The translations under genes and the position numbers were made by a program. From an uncultured Acidobacteriota bacterium (GTDB lineage Bacteria; Acidobacteriota; Terriglobia; Terriglobales; Acidobacteriaceae): a stretch of 32,000 nt of DNA. The stretch spans positions 295,807-327,806 of the forward strand of contig CAVXKN010000014.1 in NCBI GenBank assembly GCA_963762385.1, given 5' to 3'. How positions within the stretch are numbered: position 1 is the stretch's first letter; every line of letters begins with the position of its first letter. Positions 16,789 through 23,580 of the stretch are shown here, one piece after another. The notes beneath the pieces are model-generated. The model was not told the DNA's origin. It did not search any database and saw only the letters and a program-made list of their open reading frames with translations.

Positions 16789-18156
16789 TTGAACATGAGC
16801 CTGTTTCAAACCATTCCGAGCGGCGACAGTTCCGGCGATCGCACTCGTCCGCTGGCTGATCGCATGCGGCCGCGGACGCTGGATGAGTTTGTCGGCCAGG
16901 AGCATCTGGTCGCGCCCGGCAAACCGCTGCGTACTCAGATGGAGCGCGACGATATTGGCTCGCTCATCTTCTGGGGTCCTCCGGGCACCGGCAAGACCAC
17001 ACTGGCGCAGATCATCGCGCGCATGACCAAGGCAGAGTTCATCGAGTTCTCCGCTGTGCTGACCGGCATCAAGGAGATCAAGCAGGTCATGGCCGATGCC
17101 GAACGGGCGCGGCAGTATGGCACGCGGACCATCGTCTTCATCGACGAGATTCACCGCTTCAACAAGGCGCAGCAGGATGCGTTCCTGCCGCACGTCGAGA
17201 AGGGTAACATCCGCTTGATCGGCGCGACCACCGAGAATCCTTCGTTCGAAATCATCTCGGCGTTGTTATCGCGCAGCCGCGTCTACGTGCTCAAGCCGCT
17301 GACCGAGGAGCAAGTCGGGTTGCTGCTCAAGCGCGCGCTTGCCGACGAAAAACGCGGGCTGGGAACGATGAAGCTCCGAGCATCCGATGCGGTCTTGGCC
17401 AAGATCGCGGCTTACTCTAGCGGCGACGCGCGCAGCGCCTACAACGTGCTCGAAGTTGCGGCCACTTTAGCCCGCGCAACCAGCGAAGTCGGCGCGGAGA
17501 TTACCGATGCGATCGTCACCGACGCATTGCAGAAGCGCGTGCTGCTCTACGACAAAGCTGGCGAAGAGCACTACAATCTCATCTCCGCGCTACATAAATC
17601 CGTGCGCAACAGCGATCCCGACGCATCGCTGTACTGGCTCGGACGCATGCTCGAAGCCGGCGAAGATCCGCTGTACATTGCGCGCCGCGTGGTTCGCATG
17701 TCGGTCGAAGACATCGGCCTCGCCGATCCGAATGCGCTGGCGCTTTGCATGGCGGCGCGCGATGCCGTGGATTTCATCGGCATGCCCGAGGGCAATCTCG
17801 CGCTGGCCCAGGCCGTCGTCTATCTCGCGCTCGCGCCCAAGTCGAATGCGCTCTACACCGCGTACAGCGAAGTGCAGCAGGATGTGGAGGCGACCGCCGC
17901 GGAATCCGTCCCGCTGCAGCTGCGCAACGCGCCCACCGGATTGATGAAAGGCCTCGGATACGGCCAGGGATATCAGTATGCCCACGACGTCGAAGGCAAA
18001 ATCGCAGACATGCAGTGTCTGCCCGACAATCTGCGCGACCGCACTTACTACCATCCCACCAACGAAGGCGTCGAAAAGCGAATTCGCGAACGCCTGGAAG
18101 AGATCAAGCGGCGCCGGTCGCGGGCGAGCCAGCCGGATTCTGAGGTGGAAGAATAA
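16789..18156 (+). CDS. rarA: Replication-associated recombination protein A (AAA+ ATPase RarA/MgsA)
   Basis: 455 aa. Walker A 'GPPGTGKTT', Walker B/sensor '[20 protein letters not shown]', '[12 protein letters not shown]', and C-terminal '[28 protein letters not shown]'. Confidence 0.95.
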   Translation: MNMSLFQTIPSGDSSGDRTRPLADRMRPRTLDEFVGQEHLVAPGKPLRTQMERDDIGSLIFWGPPGTGKTTLAQIIARMTKAEFIEFSAVLTGIKEIKQVMADAERARQYGTRTIVFIDEIHRFNKAQQDAFLPHVEKGNIRLIGATTENPSFEIISALLSRSRVYVLKPLTEEQVGLLLKRALADEKRGLGTMKLRASDAVLAKIAAYSSGDARSAYNVLEVAATLARATSEVGAEITDAIVTDALQKRVLLYDKAGEEHYNLISALHKSVRNSDPDASLYWLGRMLEAGEDPLYIARRVVRMSVEDIGLADPNALALCMAARDAVDFIGMPEGNLALAQAVVYLALAPKSNALYTAYSEVQQDVEATAAESVPLQLRNAPTGLMKGLGYGQGYQYAHDVEGKIADMQCLPDNLRDRTYYHPTNEGVEKRIRERLEEIKRRRSRASQPDSEVEE

Positions 18157-18223
18157 TCCTCAGTGGAATGGCCCACTCTTTTCAACGCGGCTCTCAATTC
18201 CACATTAACCATTCCGCCACTTG

Positions 18224-19066
18224 TCATCCTGAGGCAGCGGCATCCTTGGCTTCGACAAGGGCGCCCAATGAAGGATCTGGGGATTGCGCCTGCCCGGGGG
18301 ATTCTTTGTTCTGTTGGCAGATGCCGGCGAATTCGAAGACGGTGCGGAGGTCGCGCCAGTTGCCTGCCAGGGCGCCGGGGATTGCGGCTTGGGCTTGCAT
18401 GATCCGTTCGTATTTTTTGGAGTCGCTGTCATCTACGGATTCGTCGCGGGGGTTCTTTCGCTCCTTCGGAGCTAGGTTGTTTTGGGTTTCTGTCCCACGG
18501 CTTGCGCCGTGGGCTGTGTTCTTTCGCCGCTTCGCGGCTGGTTCTGGCGCGGCCTGTGCTTCGAGCTGAACTACTAAGTTTGTCGCGGCCGCGCGGGCGG
18601 GGACGTCCGCGTTCCGCGGGCTTGCGTCGCGGACAGGAGTGTCCGCGCCACACGGGCTCAGCGGTGGGCCGAATTCTGGGTGTTCGATTAAATATTGGCG
18701 GGCGTAGTCGGGGACTTCGCGGACCATTGTTTGTTTTTCCGATTCGCGGTTGGTGTCGAAGCGGACATTTTTCGCGTTCCTGGCGGCGATGCGCAGGGCT
18801 TGGATGATCAGCCGGGCTCGGGTTGGGTCGAGGGTGCCTTTTATCAGGCCGTCGACTACGTGCATGATCGAGAGCTGGATGGACTCGCAATCTTCGAGCA
18901 GGGCCATGGAATGGAGCTGCATATCGACGCGCTGTTGCACGCCTTTGATGATGCGGGTATGGAAATAGCAAAAGAATTCGCCGCGCAGGGCGGGGGAGCC
19001 GCATTGCTGTCCGGTGACTTTGATGTGGGTGCAGTGGCGAGGACGTTTGCGAAGGGGAATGGGCAT
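18224..19066 (-). CDS. Hypothetical protein with N-terminal Cys/His motif (possible zinc-binding), helical middle and basic low-complexity C-terminal half
   Basis: 280 aa from the ATG at 19066, with AGGAG 8 nt upstream. 'RHCTHIKVTGQQCGSPALRGEFFCYFH' gives C-x-H-x7-C-x10-C-x2-H. No family recognised. The track's 395-aa form extends into the repeat/AT-rich region and is rejected. Confidence 0.7.
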   Translation of the reverse strand: MPIPLRKRPRHCTHIKVTGQQCGSPALRGEFFCYFHTRIIKGVQQRVDMQLHSMALLEDCESIQLSIMHVVDGLIKGTLDPTRARLIIQALRIAARNAKNVRFDTNRESEKQTMVREVPDYARQYLIEHPEFGPPLSPCGADTPVRDASPRNADVPARAAATNLVVQLEAQAAPEPAAKRRKNTAHGASRGTETQNNLAPKERKNPRDESVDDSDSKKYERIMQAQAAIPGALAGNWRDLRTVFEFAGICQQNKESPGQAQSPDPSLGALVEAKDAAASG

Positions 19067-19087
19067 GGAACTACTCCTGAAAAAACG

Positions 19088-19099
19088 CGCGAATTCGCG
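19088..19099. promoter_or_regulatory. Perfect 12-bp palindrome CGCGAATTCGCG, 22 nt upstream of the hypothetical gene's ATG
   Basis: Read directly. On the coding (minus) strand it is followed by TTTTTT and then the AGGAG RBS. Candidate operator or short hairpin. Confidence 0.25.
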
Positions 19100-19364
19100 T
19101 AAATCTATGAATCGATTGAGTCGGGTTCGAAGGGTATGGGCCAGATCTATGAAAGGAAAGGGGTTGGAGGCAAAATCTTGGGAACAAAGGAGTTGCGCGG
19201 TGGGATCGGGCTGGAAACGGGAATTCCTGGGGGAGGGCTGGGAGCATTTTGATCTTTCTTGTTGGGGAATATTGCTATTGTTAAATATATCTAAAAGTAA
19301 AGTCAAGGGAATAGTGAAAAACATTGAGGTGCAGTTCCAAAATGGGAATGGAGGATTGAGAATT

Positions 19365-19463
19365 GGTATGGCGTCCCACCCTTCCGCACAGAACGCGGAA
19401 GAATGGGGCACCCCTCTTTTGTATGCTATTTAGAGTCGCGTCGGAATGGGTGGGCCACCCGCC
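19365..19463 (+). repeat. Intergenic hairpin repeat, family 1, copy A (~97-99 bp unit)
   Basis: 'ggtatggcgtcccaccc ttccgc acagaac gcggaa gaatgggg cacccc...gctatttagagtcgcg.cggaatgggtgggccacccgcc'. Near-identical to copy B. Internal stem ttccgc/gcggaa. The ends 'ggcg.cccaccc' and 'gggtggg..cgcc' are inverted relative to each other. Confidence 0.85.
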
Positions 19464-19492
19464 GCGTTTTGGGAGAAGCTGTCACCCCGGGC

Positions 19493-19589
19493 GGTATGGC
19501 GTCCCACCCTCAGCAGAGAACGCGGAAGGGTGGGGCACCCCTATTTTTGTGCTATTTAGAGTCGCGATGGAATGGGTGGGCCACCCGCC
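19493..19589 (+). repeat. Intergenic hairpin repeat, family 1, copy B
   Basis: Tandem to copy A after a 29-bp spacer. Outer stem cccaccc/gggtggg is perfect here. Ends 10 nt before the stop of the TIGR03118 gene (19600). Confidence 0.85.
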
Positions 19590-19599
19590 TTTTTGTCAA

Positions 19600-20661
19600 C
19601 TACGGGTTGTAGACGATTTTTAAAAAGGTGCCGGCTAATTCGGCAGTGCCAATTCCCTGACCCACGGTGACGAACAACTCGTTTTGTGCTCCATTGGACT
19701 TGTTTCCGCCTCCGAAGGCGATTCCCCATAGATTGTTGAGGATGATCTGTTTTCCGTCCTGGTCCTTGATCGTACCCACGAATTTCCCGGTAATCGGGTC
19801 AAACGCGTTGATGGTGCCTTTGACGGAGTTGTTTGAAACCAGCAGAGTATTGCTCAACGGCCCAAAGTTGCGGGGAGCCGCGGCGATGCCCCAGGCCTGG
19901 TTGAGCGGCAGTCCTTGGATCAGTGTCTTTACCAAAGTACCGTCCTCGGTGAAGAGATCGATGTAACCACCGGCGCCAACGTTGGGCACAGCGTAGGCGA
20001 CGTAAACCAGGCCATTGATGTCCTGGACGCCGAATACCGAGTAGTTTGGTGGGATGTTCGGATCACCAAACGACTTCACCAGGCTGAAGCTGCCGTCATA
20101 CATATCAATTTTATTGTTGGTGTTATCCGCCGCGTAGAGGAAATTCTTCGAGGGCTTGCTGGTGATGGCCAAGCCCGTGTACATCGCTTTGTCGGCCGAG
20201 TTGTCCACTGCGATCATCGCCAGGTTGGCGTTTACGCCCGGCGCCCAGGCGCTGATGGTGCCATCCAGCGTCGCGAAAATGAAAGGTGATGCCATGCCCT
20301 GAATCTGGAAATCGGTTGCCGATCCGTTGAAAACGATTCCCGTGGGCGTGCCCGGGCCGTTCAGACCAGTGGGCGAAACCGGTCCGTTTCCGGCGGTAGG
20401 AATCAAGACCCTGAGTTGCTCTATTGTTCCGCCTGCGTCATAGATTGTCGACCATCCAGTGTCGTTGTCAGCGATCCACCAGGGACTGGTTGCGCCCCGG
20501 GCTAATCCCCAGGCGTTGGCCAGCAGTGGATCGATGTTCGGGGCTTGGTGGACTTGATTGGAAACTAAGTTTGTGAGGCGATATTGTGCTTGGGCCGGGG
20601 CCGAAACCATGAAAAGAACCAAGCCGAGGCAAGCGGCGACTGCGGATCTGCAAACGCTCAT
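19600..20661 (-). CDS. Secreted TIGR03118-family protein (predicted beta-propeller)
   Basis: 353 aa. Signal peptide '...LVLFMVSAPAQA'. N-terminal signature 'YRLTNLVSNQVHQAPNIDPLLANAWGLARGATSPWWIADNDTGWSTIYD' is characteristic of TIGR03118. AAGGAGGG RBS upstream. Confidence 0.85.
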   Translation of the reverse strand: MSVCRSAVAACLGLVLFMVSAPAQAQYRLTNLVSNQVHQAPNIDPLLANAWGLARGATSPWWIADNDTGWSTIYDAGGTIEQLRVLIPTAGNGPVSPTGLNGPGTPTGIVFNGSATDFQIQGMASPFIFATLDGTISAWAPGVNANLAMIAVDNSADKAMYTGLAITSKPSKNFLYAADNTNNKIDMYDGSFSLVKSFGDPNIPPNYSVFGVQDINGLVYVAYAVPNVGAGGYIDLFTEDGTLVKTLIQGLPLNQAWGIAAAPRNFGPLSNTLLVSNNSVKGTINAFDPITGKFVGTIKDQDGKQIILNNLWGIAFGGGNKSNGAQNELFVTVGQGIGTAELAGTFLKIVYNP

Positions 20662-20885
20662 ACGAATCCCTCCTTAGCGAAGTCAGGAGCAGAGGGAGGG
20701 CCGAACATCGGCGGGAGCGGCTGGGTACGGAACCTTCTCTAACCTGCTTGGCCTGTGATCGTAGGTGAGTCGCGACCCGCAGTTGTCAGAGGGTTGTCAC
20801 CAGTTTGCAAAATCTTTCTCGTACCGTTGGGCATGGGTGCGAGTCCGGGCCGTGGACGGGGAGCTAATAGTTGGCACAACCAGGC

Positions 20886-20977
20886 GGTTACGTCCCACCC
20901 TTTCCGCAAAGAACGCGGAAAGAGTGGGGCACCCTATTTGTATATGCTGTTTAGGATTGCGCTCGAAAGGGCGGCGG
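20886..20977 (+). repeat. Intergenic hairpin repeat, family 1, copy C (3' part degenerate)
   Basis: 'cgtcccaccctttccgc aaagaac gcggaaagagtggggcaccc tatttgtatatgctgtttagg...' has a 14-bp stem with one mismatch. Abuts the stop codon (20978) of the phosphoesterase gene. Confidence 0.75.
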
Positions 20978-22387
20978 CTAATCGTTGTCGGGAGCTGTAG
21001 GCGGCGTTTTGTCGTGCAAGAAATGCTGCGCGTCCATGGGGGCTGCGATGGTCTGAAAGGTCAGCGGGGTTTGGTTGAAGTCAAAACAATCGGAAAAGTC
21101 GTCGGCATCTGCATCCGCGTATCCGAGCGAAGGAAGATTGAAAGTCTCTTCGATATACTTCAGAACGCTGCCGAAATGATGGGTCACGTGAGAGATGTAA
21201 GCGGCCTTAGCGTAAGGCGACACCACGATCAGCGGCACCCGAAAACCGTACTCATAAGAATTCTTGATGGGCGGGGCAACATGGTCGTACCAGCCTCCCC
21301 AGTCATCCCAGGCAATGAAGATCACCGTATTCGACCAATACGGGCTGTTGCCGATGGCGTTCACCACCGATGCCACCCATGAAGGTCCAGCATTGTTATT
21401 GCCACCGGCATGATCGGAGGCCTGCCCGGCGGGAATCACCCAACTCACCGCGGCGAGGTTGCCGCTGGAGATGTCGCTTAACACCTGGGTCTGTTGCAAG
21501 ACCACGTTGTTGGTCCAATCCGAGCCGGTGCATGAGGTTGCGTTGGGTGGTGGGACATTGGGCACGCACATGTGCTCGATGGCGTTGGGAGCATTCCAGA
21601 TGATGCCCGCGGAGGGAGCGTAGTATCGCCAACTGATGTTGGCGGTATTGAGGCTGTCGGTCAGCGTGGGATGATCGAAACAGGGATAAATCTTTTGGGC
21701 TTCGGAACCGCTGGGATCGATCAACTGCACAGTTTCCACGGGCGGGGCAATGCAGCCCGCGTACAGCATGGGGTTGATACCGCCGTCCGGATTCTCCGCC
21801 ACGAACAAGTCGCTACCCACGCTGGGCGCGGAGGTTCCCGAGATAATGTACTGATGTGCCGGGAAGCTCGGTCCCTGGTTGGTTTGAAACATGCGATCGC
21901 CGAAGGTGTAGGTTTCGGCGATTTGGAAGTAAGGCGCGACTTCAGTCGGGTTGACGTACTGGAACCAGGGATTTGGCGGAGGGCAAGACGGGGGAGCGTT
22001 CTTATCGCAACTGACAGGAATTTTGTCGGCCCCATCCATGTTGCCACCGTCATACATGTCAAGAAACGCCGTGTGCGCATGGCTCAGATCGTAGTCCGTG
22101 CCCAGAGTCGTCGGTGTCAGCATGATTTTCTGGCCCAGCGAGTTGATCCCGTAGTTTTGGAGGTCCGCGCCCCTGGAGACCAGGGTTGGATCCTGAAACA
22201 AGTTATCCGGAGTGCGATTTTCCTGGAAAATGACGACCACATGCTGAATTTTTGGGGTTGGCGGAGGTGGCGAGTTGGTCGGAGAATTGCCTCCTCCGCA
22301 ACTGCTCAGGCTTAACAGTAAGACAGCGCTGCAGCCGAGCAGACTGCAGAGCAGAAACATCCCGGATCGAAGTGCAACCTTGTTCAT
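20978..22387 (-). CDS. Phosphoesterase-family protein (phospholipase C / acid phosphatase AcpA-like), lipoprotein signal
   Basis: 469 aa from the ATG at 22387. 'MFLLCSLLGCSAVLLLSLSSCGG' (lipobox). 'IQHVVVIFQENRTPDNLF' and 'IAWDDWGGWYDHVAPP' are hallmarks of the PLC/AcpA phosphoesterase family. Confidence 0.85.
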   Translation of the reverse strand: MNKVALRSGMFLLCSLLGCSAVLLLSLSSCGGGNSPTNSPPPPTPKIQHVVVIFQENRTPDNLFQDPTLVSRGADLQNYGINSLGQKIMLTPTTLGTDYDLSHAHTAFLDMYDGGNMDGADKIPVSCDKNAPPSCPPPNPWFQYVNPTEVAPYFQIAETYTFGDRMFQTNQGPSFPAHQYIISGTSAPSVGSDLFVAENPDGGINPMLYAGCIAPPVETVQLIDPSGSEAQKIYPCFDHPTLTDSLNTANISWRYYAPSAGIIWNAPNAIEHMCVPNVPPPNATSCTGSDWTNNVVLQQTQVLSDISSGNLAAVSWVIPAGQASDHAGGNNNAGPSWVASVVNAIGNSPYWSNTVIFIAWDDWGGWYDHVAPPIKNSYEYGFRVPLIVVSPYAKAAYISHVTHHFGSVLKYIEETFNLPSLGYADADADDFSDCFDFNQTPLTFQTIAAPMDAQHFLHDKTPPTAPDND

Positions 22388-22843
22388 GCCGATGGCAGTG
22401 TGCGGCGTACGTTCTTGCAAACCCCGATTCCGTCCCTTCCACTCGCGGATGCCGCATTCGGATGCAGATTTTTCCGGTCCGGTTGGCCCAAAATGCGACC
22501 ACGGTTGAGACTCAAAATCCATTGAAGGAGAATTGAGTCTCGCAGGCGTTCACGAAGTAGTTTAGGCTTGGCGGCGGTACGGCGTCTAGAGGAGATGGAT
22601 GGTTGACGAAATCGGGCCAAAACGCTCAAACCCCATCGCGGGGTTAATGAGGGTAAGGGAGATTTTGCGCCGGCCGAATAGGATCAGAAGGGCCGCAAGC
22701 GGTCACCTCGAGATTGGACACACGCTCTGGTTCAGCGTAGTGTTGAAGGTGAGTGAACAGTTCCTCTCCTCTTTTCAGGTCCTCTGAACTAAGTCAGTCC
22801 ATCTGAAGTACGCTCCTCTTAGTGCGGTATTCGGAGGACTCCC

Positions 22844-23059
22844 ATGGTCGATTCCAGAGTTAACAAGCAGCCGAAGGCAGCGGTTGTCGTTCCCTCAAAA
22901 AGCTCTGCTAGCAAGTTGGCAATAATGCCAGACGGCGTCCGGTCAGACAGCATGATCAGAGAGCGGGCGTACGAGCTGTATGAAAGCCGTGGGCGTGAAC
23001 CCGGCCAGGACGAGCAGGACTGGCTCCGCGCCGAGAAGGAAGTTCTCCAACTGGGCTGA
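22844..23059 (+). CDS. DUF2934-domain small protein
   Basis: 71 aa. 'IRERAYELYESRGREPGQDEQDWLRAEKEV' is the DUF2934 signature. GGAGG lies 6 nt upstream of the ATG. Confidence 0.8.
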   Translation: MVDSRVNKQPKAAVVVPSKSSASKLAIMPDGVRSDSMIRERAYELYESRGREPGQDEQDWLRAEKEVLQLG

Positions 23060-23116
23060 TAAAAAGCGCATATCCACAGGCGTCCTTGGGTCTGAGGAAA
23101 GGCTAGAGGAATAGCT

Positions 23117-23317
23117 ATGGCTTGTTCAATTTGTCGGGATCTGGAACGAACTCTTGAGTTGAGGCGCAGTAAGTACTTCGAAGCCCGTTCGGCTGCATAT
23201 TATCAAGTCAGCACGGAGCTTGCGGCCCACAAGAACGTCGATATGAAGCGCGCCAAGAGCGATCTGGAAGAGCACCAGTTGGTGTGCGTATCCGCCGCGG
23301 TAATGAGACAGTCGTGA
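23117..23317 (+). CDS. Small hypothetical protein (66 aa, predicted helical, N-terminal CxxC)
   Basis: 'MACSICRDLERTLELRRSKYFEARSAAYYQVSTELAAHKNVDMKRAKSDLEEHQLV'. AGAGGA RBS about 7 nt upstream. Same strand as DUF2934, 57 nt downstream of it. Confidence 0.5.
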   Translation: MACSICRDLERTLELRRSKYFEARSAAYYQVSTELAAHKNVDMKRAKSDLEEHQLVCVSAAVMRQS

Positions 23318-23580
23318 GCAAGGCCCACAGGGAGGCCTCGTAATAATCAAGCGCCGGGAATGCCCACCGACACTGGTAAGGTCACATCAGCGATTCTTGG
23401 AGGCGGCGAGCTTTGCTTTGCATGGACCCTTCGACTACGCTCAGGGGCAGGCTCACGGGGGCGTGCGTCCGTGCACGATTCTTGGCTGCTGATAATGAAT
23501 CTTCAAATGCTGCCGAGGCATCTTATATGAGTACGTAAGTGCCATTTTTGCATGGACTTACATTTCCAGGAGACGCAGCC

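Noticed and set aside
19121-19135. 'gggttcgaagg', resembling a tRNA T-loop, and 'ggggctgaatcgg' at 11148-11160, resembling a tmRNA 5' end
   Set aside because: The flanks do not form a T-stem, acceptor stem or any cloverleaf. The regions are too short and lack a 3' CCA-proximal arm. No tRNA or tmRNA can be supported.
19067-19411. 5' extension that makes the Cys/His-motif hypothetical ORF 395 aa
   Set aside because: It runs through the AT-rich island and into repeat copy A. The internal ATG at 19066 has a good AGGAG RBS, and the extension has an odd composition.
19365-19589. Possible CRISPR array (repeat-spacer-repeat look)
   Set aside because: There are only two units, each about 97 bp (far longer than CRISPR repeats), with a single 29-bp spacer. 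A third, diverged copy lies 1.3 kb away. No cas genes are present.
19363-19623. ORFs 19363-19623, 19403-19612, 20755-21000 and 20765-21382 on the plus strand
   Set aside because: These are translations of the family-1 repeat units ('HPSAQNAEEWGTP', 'GWATR', 'VGHPP') or antisense of the phosphoesterase gene. They are repeat-derived pseudo-ORFs, not genes.
22388-22522. 5' extension of the phosphoesterase ORF (514-aa form)
   Set aside because: The residues before the ATG at 22387 (MDFESQPWSHFGPTGPEKSASECG…) precede what is clearly a lipoprotein signal peptide, and signal peptides sit at the N-terminus.
22629-22645. Hairpin aacccc-atcgc-ggggtt in the divergent region upstream of DUF2934
   Set aside because: It is a 6-bp stem without a U-tract, in a promoter region. 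It is too short and isolated to call a terminator or riboswitch element.
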